A stretch of 63,948 nt of DNA, the filler included, from Welwitschia mirabilis (lineage: Eukaryota): NCBI GenBank assembly GCA_051453625.1. It is 7 parts of one record of this genome, joined end to end, with 100 filler letters (N's around TTAATTAATTAA, not from the genome) between each part and the next. Parts side by side here need not be neighbours in the genome. Positions count along the whole stretch, not along the records: positions 1 to 21,512 come from JBOZIK010000001.1; positions 21,613 to 36,565 come from JBOZIK010000001.1; 5 more parts are not named here. The stretch is one strand, 5' to 3'. Each line of letters starts with the position of its first letter. Position 1 is the first letter of the stretch. Positions 12,836-27,446 of this stretch are shown here, piece by piece. The position numbers were made by a program, and so were the translations under genes. Below the pieces are notes generated by a model. That model was not told the origin of the DNA. It worked only from the letters and a program-made list of their open reading frames with translations, and did not search any database.

Positions 12836-15800
12836 GTTGTATTATGATGCATATTTTTGCTTCTAATTCCAATATCCTAAAGATCACATTTAACTTGCAA
12901 CACATAAAAAGATGATAATCTAAGTGCATATAGTACACATTTGCATAATGGGATCAACCCAAATGTCATACACTTAGAGAAGACTTCTAAAAGAGAATTT
13001 GAAAAAATGATTTTAGAAAGATAAGAAGAACATATTTTTGAATTTTTCTTTATAGGAAATGAAATTAAACAATTTAGGGATAAAGACTAAATGCAATGCA
13101 ATGGAATGAAATGAAATGAAATGAAATATAGAATGATTGCAAACCTAATGCAATTAATTAACCAAATTTTCAATCTATTGTAACTTAGATTGATCCTTAT
13201 AGCCTATATCAATTACAAATTCATGTGTCTTTCATTTTAATTAAGATAAGAAAGAAATAAGAAATTATTTAAAAGGAATTCCAATTAAATCAATATCTTT
13301 ATCAACTAAATAAAAGTACTTCCACTTATAACAACAACTTCTCAATCGAATATTTACTACGTAATACTAAAGTAGTCCTTCTCATAAGTAGGATGGATCT
13401 TTTTCCTTCCAATGATCTCCAATCATCATAAGAATTTAGATGAGAAAAATGATATGGAATAAGGCCCAAAAGGTCTTTTTATAGTTTGGAATGAAGAATT
13501 AAGGGTCATTAAGTGGTGTAAAATGAAAAGGTATGCTTAGGATCTATACTTTCATAATAATTGGACTAGATTTTCAAGATATTCTATTTGTCATACTTTA
13601 TGTTGTTACCACAACATAGTGGATGATCACTCTAACTATAAACTAATGCTAGACACATCTCAACCATTTAACCTTGCTAACTATCATCCTATCTATCATC
13701 CCAATGACATAGGGAATGACCATCACAACCTGTCTAATTATTCCTATTGTATGTTATTCTATAATGATCATTCCAAAAATATATGAAACAACTATCTTTT
13801 TTCATAAGTTGTCCCAACAACATAGTAAATGACTAGTTTTCTTACTTAACTCCATCTTGATCATCATACTTTAGTCCATCATCATGTAAAAATAGATTCT
13901 TGTGTTGGAAATTGTTGTATTTCATGACCTATATGGGTGCTTTACATAATTTGCATAAATCCTTGAAAACCCTATCAATAGAACCTAAAAATATGCTTTA
14001 CAAGTTTTCAAATAGGTTAATTTGGGTTCGCAACATACCCCCCACCTAGCATTTATTAGTTCCTAACAACGTAAGTGGATAATAAGTCATAGACCAACTG
14101 ACAAAATAAGTGAGAAACTAAAAATAGACTTAAAGTATGTATATATCATTAAGTTTTGAATAGAAAATTTGAAATACATTGTATTTGTTAAAAAGCACAA
14201 GTGAAATAGATGTATATTATTAAGAATTAGTTTAACATCATCACATATATTTATATTAAGTAAGGCTAGATGAAACATTTGAGCTCATAAATCATGTAAT
14301 ATATGTGTCTACCCCCTCAACTAAATGTGTAATTCATCTCAAGCTGCATAAACCATGAATAAAGAGAGAAGAAATTAGTTTAGATTTGAAAAATTACCCA
14401 ATATGAAAATTCAAGGTATCCATGGACTAGATCCTATGAAAGAATGTTTTTAAAGCACTAAAAGATGGTAAACTATAGTAATATCGTATGATTACAAGGT
14501 TAAGTGATAGGAGAGATTATAAAAAAGAAATACTAATAAGAAAAGAGTTAAAAGGAAGAGCATCAATGCTATCATGCTAAAGGACGGTCAAGGTGGAGAT
14601 AAATTTGATTTTATGCATAATAGTAAAGTAATAAAAAATGTTACTAGTAGACTAGAAATTGATGAATTCTAAAGAATTATTTTAGAAAAGGTAAGAAAAA
14701 TAACTTTCAGAAGACAACCCAAGAAATTAAAATAAGACAAAAACAAAAATGGCTAATATAGAACATCAATAAGATTAACTTTTTACCTTAAATTCTAATC
14801 TGGTAAAATGTCTTAGTAAAGGTTATAAAGCTACTTGATATAGAAATTTATGATTCAATGTAAAACATCATAGAGTACCATTGAAAAGGGTAGTGATGAT
14901 GACAATATCTAATGGTTGCTTTTTCAAAGTATCAAGTCATATTTGGATTATAATTCAATCCCTCTTTAGCTATAACAACCATAGTACTTTGATAAGATAT
15001 CATCCAATGATTAATATACTCATATGCTCATGAATTCTATGCCTCTAAGTAATGGGCATTTTTAAGTCAATGGGGTGTTGAATAACACCATTCATCATGA
15101 TGATGGGAGTTCAACCTGCTAAGAGAATAAGGACCTACAATATGAAGCTATATCATGGCCAACTAATCCTCTGGTAGAGATTTCACAGCTATCATATTGT
15201 ACTTCCAAAGAGCCCTCTTAGGAAAATTTACCCTAATAGGCTTGCGATAGTACATTATGGTATAATTACATGAGGGTGATCCATCTATCTCTTTTTTTTT
15301 TTAATATTTTCCTCTTGCTTTTCATTTTTTTTATTTTTCATTAACTTAGATTTTGCCTTTTTGAAATCATTAATTAATCATCAGAATGATGAAGTAACAA
15401 AGTGTATGGCTGAAAATAAGCATCAAATTAACCTAATTGATACTTTGAAAAAAAATAAATAAGGATATTAGTTAAAGATGTTGAAATATCCTACTATTAA
15501 TTGAATTAAATCTTTACCATATAAAAACCCAAAGTAAAGAATTATTTAATCATTGTGACACCTATGGAAATCAAATACAAATCAAGTTAAAGATGATTAA
15601 GGAGTATCATAACTTAAACTAAGGAATAAGGCTAAGAAAGAATTTAGTAGATGACCAAGAGGAGATCCTCCTTTTTGCAAAAGAGGATCTTCCAAGTTAA
15701 TTACTTTTATCATGTTCAAGGTATAAGAACAATCATCTAGAGATGTATAAAGTTTTAACCTTTATCCATTTACTTTATGGATTTCTTAAGTTTGAAGGTT

Positions 15801-16391
15801 AGAGATCTCAATAGAGTTATTAGAATGTACTCTTTCCACATAAGAAGGATCAAGCCATTTAGATATCAACTTGTTGTGTAAAATATATACTTACATATGA
15901 TACAAAAGCATAAATTGACTTAATTAAAAGGATTTATGGAGAATTTTTTTATCATGGTGAAATTTAGTTTGGGCTCTCTAGATGAATTATCTATGGATAT
16001 AACTCATTCTTTTCTCATTAAGGTATTAAAGTTGTGCTAAACTATAGTGAACACTCTCCTCATGGTTCAACACATTAAGTTTATGGGTAGTATAATTAGA
16101 GTTGTAGCAAACATTAATAGCTAGAACATAAGTTTTTTCATATACAAATTCATAAGTTGAAAAATCCAAGTGGATTATGCCAAGTAGTATGGTAATTCCA
16201 TAGCACATGATTTAGTTTGAGAGACCAAGACTTCTTATTTTGAAAATTAAATTTCTAAAGAATCTTCTTAATCTCTCTATTAGCATTTTTAGCTCAATCA
16301 TTTGTTTGAGGGTGATAAGCATTTGTAATTCTATCTTTAATTCCTATAAAAAGGAGAAGTTTCCTAAGAATATTGTTAATGAAGTAAGTAC
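12836..16391 (-). mobile_element. Gypsy (Athila/Tat-like) 3' LTR (about 12836-14035) plus 3' non-coding internal region
   Basis: Minus-strand PPT GCTAGGTGGGGGGTA abuts TGTTGCGAACCC at 14035; left boundary approximate. Confidence 0.55.
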
Positions 16392-17762
16392 TATTAAATT
16401 ATATTTGCCAATTGATATCAAACTAATTTCTCTTGTGTAGTACAAATTGTTACATATTGTGTGTAGATGATATTAAGTTTTGTAGGTGAAAGAATTAAAT
16501 CAAAATGCATTAGAAAGAGTACTTAGTTATGTTTACCTTAAGTGGGGTTCGATCAGATTCTAAAGGAGTTGACAACACCTGAAGCGGTCACAAAGAAATG
16601 AATTAAACATAGAGGGATCGACTAGATTCTGAAGAGGTCGATTGACCTGTGATCTCAAGAGCTAGTATCCCTAAACCGAATGGAAAGAATTTGATTGGAT
16701 AATCATGGGGTCAACCGAAATTAACTAACTGATAGGTAATAGTCCTAGACTGAGAGGAAAGGGGTCAACTAGATTTTTATGTGGTTGACTAGACCTGAGA
16801 AGTTGACAGTCCATAGTTCCAGACTGAGAGGTAAGGGGTCGATCAGACCCAGGATGGGGTTGATCGAGTTCTCATGGAATCAACTGGATTTTTATGGGGT
16901 CTATCAGACAGTGCAGAAAAGCACAAGTTATAAATGTTATGTATTCATTACCTAGCTATCACCTAGTATTTTCTAATTATTTATAGTCATTGAAGGTACA
17001 ATTTATTTATAATAAAACCTAATAACCCCCCATTATAAGTAGCTAGGTAATAGATGAACTAGAGATCTTTTGGAACTATTCTAAATTAGCATATTCATTG
17101 TGGATCTTAAAGATTAAGTGGTATTATCATTGTCCTATCATTAAATTGCTTCATATTTAATTAAGGAGATCCACCCTTGGCAAAAGAACTATACTAAAAA
17201 TCAGATCTAAAAGATTTTTCATTATGATCTATTGGAAAAGAGATTCATTCATTATATTAATACTAAAAGTGTGGTATCTGAGCTACCAAGGTGGCATTGC
17301 ATCATATCTATTGATTTTAGAGGTTAAGACTTAGCCTATAAAAGTACATCTTTAAAGGTTGAGATTTGGCCTATAAAAGTCCATTGTTAAAGGTTGAAAC
17401 TTAGGCTATAAAATTTTGGTGTTAAGGTTAATACCTAGCCTATAAAAATCTACTTGTAAAGGTTACAGATGAATCTAGAAAAACCTATGGAATAAAAGAG
17501 ATCTATTGGGAGAAGCTGATCATTGAGAGTGAAGTAGGAGAGTACCCAAACCATTATAAATCCTATGTATATCTAAATTAGTAGTTTATGGTTTTCTGTC
17601 TTTTGATTCTCTACATTTAATTTTTCATTTCTTATATGCACATTCTTGATTTTTTTATTTTTACAAGCAAATAGTGATTAGATAACTTTAATTTATTTTT
17701 AAGCTTAAGTTTTTAAAAGAACTATTCACCCCTTCCCCCCTCTAGAATTTTCGATTCTATCA
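16392..17762 (+). mobile_element. Sirevirus-like 5' LTR
   Basis: Starts TATTAAATTATATTTGCCAATTG, matching the 33088-34590 LTR; GGTCGA-type palindromes; ends ATTCACCC...CTCTAG...TATCA; decayed iMet PBS follows. Confidence 0.8.
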
Positions 17763-17827
17763 TTTATATCAGAGCTTAGGCTAGTCTTTGAAAGATTTTC
17801 ATAGATCTAGACTGTAGAACCCTAAAA

Positions 17828-18503
17828 ATGAGTAACTTAGCTGATGGATTTTTAACTAGTCATTCATCCATATTCGATGGTTCAAACTATGCCTATTGGA
17901 AAGCTAGAATGAGAATTATTCTTAGATCCCTAGATGCTAATGTAAAAGAAGTTATATACAAAGTTCATATTGTACCTATGTTAACCAAAATAGATGCAAA
18001 TGGTAATACTATATTAGTCCCCAAATCCAAAGACTAATGGACTCCCACAGATAAAACAAAAGCTATCATAGATGCCCATGATCTTAATGCTATTTTTTAT
18101 GCAATTTGTACAGATAAATTTAAAAGAATTGTAAACTGTAATCATGTAAAAGAATCTTGGGATATTTTAGAAGTTACACATAAAGGAACATTCACTATTA
18201 AACAAGTAAAACTATAAATGCTTATTTTTAGATTTAAAAATATTCATATGGATGATGAAAAAACCTTGCAAGAATTTTTCGCTAGACTTACAGATAAAGT
18301 AAAATCTATGGCAAGCCTCAGAGAATGCATGAAAGAAAGTAAGGTGATAAGGAAAGTGTTGAGATCCCTACCTAAGAGATTCAAACCAAAGTTAATAGCT
18401 ATCAAATAAAGCAAAAACAATAGTGTAATGGCATTGGAAGAACTTCAAGGTAATATTCAAACCTATGAACTTAAATTTACTAAACATAGAAGAAAAGGTA
18501 TTA
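17828..18503 (+). pseudogene. Copia/Sirevirus gag, interrupted
   Basis: FDGSNYAYWKARM, W-ILEVTH-GT, KVIRKVLRSLPKRF, LEELQGNIQTYE. Confidence 0.92.
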
Positions 18504-18603
18504 NNNNNNNNNNNNNNNNNNNNNNNNNNNNNNNNNNNNNNNNNNNNNNNNNNNNNNNNNNNNNNNNNNNNNNNNNNNNNNNNNNNNNNNNNNNNNNNNN
18601 NNN

Positions 18604-19147
18604 AAGATCTTCATCATTATGATCTATTAAAGAAGAGCTCCATTTATTGTACTGATATTAAACATGTGATATCTGAGCAATCAAGGCATCATCATATCAC
18701 ATCCATTACTTTCAGAGATTGAGACTTATCCTGTAAAAGTCCGTTGTTAGAGGTTGAGACTTAGCCTGTAAAAATCCATTGTTAAGATTGAGACTTAGCT
18801 TGTAAAAGTCCACTTGTAAGGGTTACAGGTAAACCTGAAAAAAATGATGGAGTAACAGAGATCCAAGATCAAGCTTGGGAGAAGCTGATCATCAAGAGTG
18901 GAGTAGGAGAGTTCCTAAACCATTATAAATCTTGCGTGCATCAAAATTAGTAGTTTGTGTTTTTCTGTCTTTTGATGCTTTACTTATAGTTTTCCATTTT
19001 CATATGCACATTCTTGATTTCATTATTTTCATATGCAAACTGTGATTAAATAGTTTTAATTTTGTTTTGAGCATAAGTTTTTTTTCTCAAAGAACCTGTT
19101 CACCCCTCCTCTCTAGGGTTCTCGATCCTATCATTTGGTATTAGAGC
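18604..19147 (+). mobile_element. 3' part of a Sirevirus-like LTR (to 19133) plus PBS (19136-19147)
   Basis: Homologous to about 17200-17762; PBS TGGTATTAGAGC. Confidence 0.8.
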
Positions 19148-19199
19148 TTTGGTTAATCTTTGAGAGATTTTTACAGATCTAGACTTAAGAACCCTAAAA

Positions 19200-21440
19200 A
19201 TAAGTAACATGACTGATGGATTTTCAATTGATTATCTACCCATGTTTGATGATTCAAAATATGCCTATTGAAAGCTAGGATGAGAGTTTTTCTTAAATCC
19301 CTAGATGCCAATGTAGAGGAAGTCATATACAAAGATCATACCATGCCTATGATAACACAAACAGATGCAAATGGCAACTCTATCTTAGTTTCTAAATCCC
19401 GAGACCAATGGACTCTCACAGATAAAACAAAATCCACCATTGATGCATATGCTCTTCATGCTAATTTTTGTGTAGTATGTGCAAATGAATTTATGAGAAT
19501 TATGAACTGTAACCATGCAAAGGAAGCTTGAGATATTTTAGAAGTTGCACATGAAGAAACATCCACTATTAAATAAGCAAAACTACAAATGCTTATTTCT
19601 AGATTTGAAGATATTCATATGGATGATGAAGAAACCTTACAAGAATTTTTTGCTAAACTTACAGATATAGTAAACTCAATGGCAAGCCTTGGAAAATACT
19701 GAAATAAAGTAAGGTGGTAAGGAAAGTATTAATATCCCTACCCAAGAGATTTAAAACAAAGGTAATAGCCATCGAAGAAAGCAAAAACATCAGTGCAATG
19801 GTGTTGGAAGAACTTCAAGGTAATCTTCAAACCTATAAACTTAATTTAGTAAAGATAGAATATGTGCAAGAGAATTACAGATCTAATAAGTCAGATGAAG
19901 AACTCGATGATGATGAAGTGGCTCTTCTACCCAAGCATTTCAAAAGATTTCTCTATAAGAAAAAGGAAGGAGAATTGAGCAGGAATCTAAGAAGAAGCAA
20001 TCCAAAACAAAGAAAAGAATAAGATAAGGGAAATGAAATCTAGTGTTATTCATGCAAAGGGTTTAGACATATAGCCAATGAATGTTTTAATACTAGAAGA
20101 AAAAGTAGGAAGCCTAAAAACAACTCATTCCTAGTAACTTGGGATAATTAAAATGATGAAGATGAAGAAAACTACTCAGATCATGGATTAGATAGAGAAA
20201 GGAGATTATATTTCATGGATCTAATATCATCACTCAAGAATATTCTGAATACTTTAATGCTAGATGACTTGGATATGATTGATGAAGAGAAAGAAGAGTT
20301 AGAAGAAATTTGTCAAGATTTGTATGAAGAAGATGAGAAGCTCACTAAGAGAATCAATAAGTTAACAAAATGGTAAAGACCATTAAAAAAGAAAAGGAAA
20401 AAGTGGAAGAGAAGTGTAAATTACTCGAAGTCAATAACTTCATATTAACTACCAAGGTAAATAATCTTTTATTCTTTATAAATAAGTTTTCTGATAGTTT
20501 ATCTAAATTGGAATAGATTCTTAGAATACAAAAGGAAAATGAAAACAAATCAAGTATTGGTTTTGAAGCACAAATATCAAGAAAATAGGTAAATCAAACA
20601 AGTATGTGTCTAATATCTTGTATAATTTTTGTAGTAGATTTGGTCATTCTAAACTATTTTACAAATTTATACATATAATGTTTACTTCTAAACATGTAAA
20701 CACTTTACCATTTAAATTTATTCCTAAGAAGAATACACCACCTAAGTTAAATAAAACTAAGTAGGTTAAACCTAATAATCTTTAAAGCTTTGTGACATAG
20801 ATAAATTGTAGAGAATCTCATTTGAATAGTTGGTATCTAAATAGTGGTTATTCAATGCATATGACAAGAGATAAATCAGGCTTTTAGAACTTGAAGAGCA
20901 TTAACAGAGAAGAAGTCATTTTGAAAACAACCAAATAGAAAAAATATAAGGTACAGGAAGCATCAAAGGAGGTATGTCATCTAATCTCAATAATGTTCTT
21001 TATATGAATGGTTTACAACATAATTTACTAATCATTAGTCAACTTTATGATAAAGGATATAGAATAATCTTTAATAAATCAAAATATATAGTTGAGAATG
21101 AGAAAATAAATGTTTTTATCTGTAGTGTAAAATGTGTTNNNNNNNNNNNNNNNNNNNNNNNNNNNNNNNNNNNNNNNNNNNNNNNNNNNNNNNNNNNNNN
21201 NNNNNNNNNNNNNNNNNNNNNNNNNNNNNNNNNNNNNNGAGAATGAGAAAATAAATGTTTTTATCTGTAGTGTAAAATGTGTTAATAATGCTTATAGATT
21301 AGATGTTAAAGCCCTTGATCAATAAATTCATGTAAATTAACATTTTAGGAAATATTATGATAAAACTAAATGTCATTCTGTCAAATCTGATGTAAACTTC
21401 AATTCTTGTAATCAATTTATCTTTCATGGAAGTGATCTGA
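19200..21440 (+). pseudogene. Gag-zinc knuckle-protease of a Sirevirus-like element, ending without integrase
   Basis: Gag motifs, CYSCKGF-HIANEC knuckle, WYL(N)SG-SMHMT protease motif, NVLYMNGLQHNLL-ISQL; same terminal sequence as 36807-38913. Confidence 0.88.
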
Positions 21441-21612
21441 AGGTGAGTACACCATCCCTTGGCTGATTGTAGGGCAGTCAACTAGATCTATGATTCAGTA
21501 AACTGAATGTAGNNNNNNNNNNNNNNNNNNNNNNNNNNNNNNNNNNNNNNNNNNNNTTAATTAATTAANNNNNNNNNNNNNNNNNNNNNNNNNNNNNNNN
21601 NNNNNNNNNNNN

Positions 21613-22190
21613 ACATCTTATAGCTACAAAGAGAATACTAAGCTATGTGAAAGGTATTCTAGATTTTAGTTTATGGTTTTCAAATGATACTTCTTTAAGT
21701 TTAACAGGATATAGCGATGCAAATTGGGTTGGATACAAAGATGATCACAAAAGCACAAGTGGTGGCTATTTCTTCTTTGGAAATTGTCTCATAGCCTAGT
21801 ATAGCAAGAAATAATGCACTATATCTCTCTCTACCACTAAAGCTGAGTACATAGATGCTGGAGCTTGTTGTACTCAGACCTTGTGGATGAAAGAGATCTT
21901 GAAGGACTATGGGCTGAATATCACGGAGGTACCAATATTGTATGACAACTCCAGTGCTATTCAAATAACTCACAACCCAGTACAACATACTCGAACCAAA
22001 TACATCGATATCAGGTACCATTTTATTCATGAATTAGTAGACAAGAAAATCATATCTTTAGAATATGTATGCAAAGAAGATTAATCGACTGATATTTTTA
22101 TGAAAACTCTATCTTTAGATCATTTTTCCATTCTTCATTATTTTCTAGGTATCAAGTCTGAAAAAGACTTACCTCACCCAGCCTCATCTG
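21613..22190 (+). pseudogene. Copia RT C-terminus and RNase H
   Basis: KRILSYVKG, GYSDANWVG...DHKSTSGG, YDNSSAIQITHNPVQHTRTKYIDIRYHFI. Confidence 0.92.
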
Positions 22191-22732
22191 AATAATAAAA
22201 TTTAGTGGGGGGTTCAAATCTTTTAAATTCATATATGTTTGAACCCCGGTTAACCTCCTTTTTAAAAGAGGGTGACCACTTTTCTCTCAAATTTCTTAAT
22301 TGTTACATTTTCTGCTTTTTGGGTCAACCATACGTTAAGTTAGTTTGACTAGTTTAATCCCAAGTTTTCCTGTAAAATCCTATAGAAACTAGGTCGACTA
22401 AAAACTTAGTTTTGGTTGACCTCATTCTGATAATTATGTCACATTAGGTTGACCATGTCTTCTCTTTAGGTCTATAAATTTTTTTCTTGAAGGATCAACT
22501 GTTCACACATTTAGGTTGACTGCTACTTTACCATTAGGTTTTAAAATTTTTACATGGGTCGACCGACCGTCTGATCGATCGCCTACATTTAAGGTGGTGC
22601 ACCGCAGATTTTTAAATCTGCCTATCTTTTTCTTTTTTCTTATTCTATTTGGTGCCTCTTCTGTCATTTTCTGTGCTTCTGGTGGATCCTCTTCCACTTG
22701 TTTTACCTTTTTTTCTTAGATATGGAATTTAA

Positions 22733-23120
22733 ATGGCTTCTTCTCAGCTAGGAGAGGGATCTAGGAAAAGAAAAAAGGAAGCAGCAGTCAAGCCTCCAAG
22801 TAATATGTTCTCTAGAATGACCTCTGAGTAACTTACTTATTTTGAGAAGCATTTTGAGATAAGTCCTATTGCACCAGAAAGGACTTGTAAACCTATGCAA
22901 TTTCTTAGCCTCAGAGAGATCTAGACTCTGATGGAAGAAGTGAACTGGGGTATTTTCTTCACGTTTCTGGTATATGCTACCCTTTGGCTACCAAGCTATT
23001 CTATTCGAATGCCAGGTATGATGCATCCTAGTCCATGTTCATTACCACTGTCTTTAGTCAAGAAATACATATTATAGCAGATCTGATAGCTTCCCTCACT
23101 GGTCTTCCAAGAGGAAACTT
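22733..23120 (+). pseudogene. Sirevirus-like ORF2, truncated
   Basis: MASSQLGEGSRK...CYPLATKLFYSNA...ADLIASLTGLPRGN. Confidence 0.7.
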
Positions 23121-24600
23121 CCTCTTATTTAATCATTACCTAACGCAATCATGACATAACTCTTCAAGCCTTTCCTCGTCTATAGAAGGGCCTTAAACAT
23201 CCGCTGTAAACATAGTTTGGTTGGCTTAACATGGGGAATACTTAGATGCTAGGAGGTTATGATGCTCTGATACTCTTTCTTCTCCTCCTCCTCCATTGAT
23301 GTAATGTATATTTATTTCAGATTTCAATATAAGAATTGTTTTTAATACTTTTATTGTTATTACACATTTCATTTAGCATTAGCAATATTTAAGTAGGGCT
23401 AGTTCTAGAATTAATCTAAATTCTGTCATTATTATTGCACATTAATTTGGAATTAAAAATATTTAGATAAGACTAATTCTAAGTGCATTTCATTCTTTCA
23501 TTATTATTATACAATCATTTTAGCATTAACAATTGTTAGATGGAACTCACTTAATCAACAAGTTTTAGGATACAGGAATCACTGGAGCAAAGGTAAAGAG
23601 TTGCATAGGTTGATTAGATCCTTGAACATTCTCATTTCCTTACATCACTAATTAAAGATCAATTTTCCTCTTAACTTCTAAATTTTCTATTGTTTGATTT
23701 TTATTGTAAGTTGTAATAGTCATGTTCCTTTTGTAAAAGTTATTACATATATCCATGTTGGAAAATGATAACTAAGTGCAAACTTATTTTTAAATTCGGA
23801 TTACTAAAAAGCTATGATTACCATCCTATGTAAATTTCAAAACATTTACAAATTTAAAGTGTGGGATGTAGCTTGAAATAATCTAATTTTCTCATGCAAG
23901 AATTACTTTTCATCTTTAGTATTCCAATGATTAGGTGATTTATATCTACTAAGATAATTAGACATATTAGCATTCTAAGGTTCTTATTTTAAAGCTAAAA
24001 GATTTTCATGAGGAAAAGTATCATTATTTAGTATAAAATATAAAGAAAATAAGAAAAGGGCATAATACATGATAGATGAATAGCGATAACATTTTTTACA
24101 CTTTTATTATTTTTAATCTCTAGAATAAATTATTATAAAAGAAAAATCTATCTAACAAGTCCAGATTTGAATATTTCTCAGTCATAGAATATTGAAGAGC
24201 AAAATGGTTAATTAAATAATAGTTTTGAATCTAAAGAATATGATCTAAATTTCTTTGAGAAAAAACTCTAGCTAACAACCCTTTTTTATTTGTTGTATAA
24301 TTTAACTGAGAACATTAAACAACTTTACTTGCATGGTAAATTACATAAGGTTTTACATCTCTTCTTTATCCTAAGATAGCTCCTACACTATAATCACTAG
24401 TGCCACGAAGAAGTTTAAACTTGAATGACTAATCATGAGGTTGTAAAATATCAATAAATGTAAGAAGAGATTTTATTCTATAACATATTTGGGAATATGA
24501 AGATGAGTAATAAGTTAAACTTTAGAAGGGTCTATTATGTGTAATTTTTAAATATAACATGTCCTAAAATAATGACCTTAGTAATTATAACACAACATTT
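23121..24600 (+). mobile_element. Athila-like 3' non-coding region and start of an LTR
   Basis: GAAGATGAGTAATAAGTTAAACTTTAGAAGGG at about 24500-24530 resembles the Athila pre-LTR/PPT motif. Confidence 0.4.
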
Positions 24601-27446
24601 CTCCCAATTAAGAATAAGATTTTTATTTTTACAACATGTAAGATGAATATTAAAATGATTTAGTAGGATTAAAACTTTTTATACATAAGGATTATGCATA
24701 AAAGCTTCTATAATTATTTTAATCATATTAGAGAAATTACTTATCATGTGATGTTAAAAAGTAGTTGGGGAATGACATAAATCAAATGAAATAGGTTTGT
24801 AGGAAAATTTTTCAAAAGAAATGTAAATTTTATCTTTTCTTGATCTTTAGATAAAATTTCTATGTATTTTTATCCTAAATATTCATCTAAGAAATGGTAG
24901 CACTCATAACTACCTAATCTTTCTAAGATTTAATCAATAAAGGATAAGAGAAAGTGACCTTTATGAATTATAAAGTTAAATTTTATGTAGTTAATGTACA
25001 TTCTTCATTTTACTTTTAATATTATCAAAATAAGATCACTATTTGTATTCTTAATCATGGTAATTATAGGCTTCTTAGAAATGGCTTAAGTAGGACTAAC
25101 CACTGACTATCAAAGATTGGGTAGATAGTACTAGCATTTAGCACCTTAAGGTCCTAGCATTAAGTCTATGTTAAGTTTCTATAATACCATTACCACTTTA
25201 TAAGAAATGAATTCTATACATATCTGTTAAGAGTAATACATTTTAAATAAAAATTATTTGTCCTATAGCTTTTCTATGCTATTTTATCAAAGAAATTAAA
25301 ACTTATTCTTGTGGTGTAAAACGTTTAATGTAAAGAACTATAGAAAATGAATTTTTCTTCCTAAAATTGAATACTTCAAATATTCTAGAAGATGTTTAAG
25401 TTAAACAATTAGAGTATACTCTTTATGCAAAGGTTTTTTTTGTGGTAGACATGGTAATGTAATGTTTCATATCTAGGACTCTCATATAAAGATAGTTCTT
25501 AAACATTATATGGCTCAAATAATGGATAACTTTCAATAGAAGATAAGAACTTAAAAATTTTATTTTTTTAAGCAACTAAGTCTACATCTTTAACATCATT
25601 CATGTGGCTCTTATTTATAGCATGAAAAACTTTTGACTTTGTATTCATGTTGTAAATAACATCTTAACTATGCCATTTTAATAGTTGATTAAAGTGTTAG
25701 TAGTAGTAAGAAATGGTCTATTCAAATAAGTGGAAATCCTATAGGATAATCTTTAATTTCTAAAATACCAAAGTTCACTGGAGAGTAAAATCTATTAACT
25801 TACACTAAAACATCTTTCACTACTTCTTTAAGTATTTTTATTAAATGATTAACAAGTTGCAAAGTTATTTTAGTTTTATTTAATCCTTTTAATTCAAGTT
25901 CTTTACAAATTAAATATGTCAATAAGTTTAACCTAGATTCCAAATTTAATGATTCTTTCTCTATTTTTTCTATTTTCAATGATACAAAAAATAATTAGAA
26001 AATAATAATATCCAAAATTATGTGGAAGTTTTTTGTAAATAATATCACTTACTTGTTGAGCTAGAAAAGTGTTATTTTTTACAATTATTTTTTTCTTCAC
26101 CATAAATACATTTTAAATAATTTTACATAAGCAAGTATTTATTTGATAGTATATAAAGTGGAATGTTAATTTTTAATTTTTAAAATGACCTTATGAAATG
26201 TTAATTCTTAAGTTTTTTAAAGACTTCAAGCATTTTTCTTCAAGTTGCTTCTTCTTCATTTATGATAAATGTTTAGAAAATAGCCATTTTTAAAGTTCTT
26301 TATGTTTATGCTATTTCATATTATCTACATCATTCTTATCATGATCAAGTATAGACTAAGGTTTAGGGTTGGATGTAGAAAGTTCTTGTCTAGATGGTTG
26401 GACATTTTCATTAATTTGCATATCATTTCTAAGTGAAATAGCGTTTACACCTCTTACATCTTCTCCATCTTTAATTTTATTGATTCCTCTTAGATTGAAT
26501 ATATGTTAAGTTGAAAGCTCATCTTTTTCTATTGGATTAATTGAAGTATTTTGAGTGAGGTATTTACTCCTAAATCTAAACATTGATGGTTGTGCATTGT
26601 TTATTTACTAATCATGGCTTATTTATTATTCATAAATATTTGTCTCTTAAGCATTCATCAATGAAAATATCTTCACTTTATCAATTAAAATTATAATCTT
26701 ATACATGATACATGATAGTATAGGATATAATAAAAATTTCATAAAACAGTGACAAAAACAAGAAATGTTATAAGATTAATTCATGTGGAAAGAAAGGCAC
26801 ATCATTATGCTTGGTATTTTTAATAACTAAATAAGAAAATCAGTAATGCAAATGATGAGATGGAATGGAATGTAATGGTAGTGAGCATGAAATGGAATGT
26901 AAATAAAATGTCCTAGATTCAATTAATTAGTCAATTTACTAACTTCTTATCATTCAATTTAGTTCTTATGCTTTATATCAAAATCATATTTAATCTAGAA
27001 TAGTATTAAATTAACATTAACATAAAAACATAAGAAAGAAAGAGAGCAATAATTTGAAAAAAAATACATAATTGATTTTATAATCAATTATGCTTTAAAT
27101 ACATCCACTTATAAATAGTGGTAGGTAGGTGATAAGTAAGTAGTAGATGGATAGTAGATGAGTGGTTGTAATATTTAGTAAGAGATGTAATAACTATTCA
27201 TTGATTACATAAGAAAGATAGAGAGAGATAACTTGAGAAAAAGTACAATTGATTTTATTACCAGTTGTACTCCAATACATCCACTTATAAATAGCAATAG
27301 GTGAGTGGTAGGTAAGTGGTAGGTGTGCAGTAGATGAGCAGTGGATAGGTGATATGTAAGTGATAGGTGAGTAATATATGGGCAGTGATTGCATAGCAAG
27401 AGATTGGTTGGTAACTAGTAGATGGGGTTAGGTGAATAATTATAAT

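Noticed and set aside
21098-21283. Short near-identical repeats on both sides of N gaps (also 45303/45442, 49307/49447, 54771/55021)
   Set aside because: Typical unmerged contig overlaps.
21513-21612. TTAATTAATTAA centred in 44N + 44N gaps (also at 36566, 39754, 55256, 59393, 60524)
   Set aside because: Artificial scaffolding spacer with stops in all frames. It is not biological, and adjacency across these gaps is uncertain.
25300-25800. Possible copia integrase relic
   Set aside because: Too degenerate to call with confidence.
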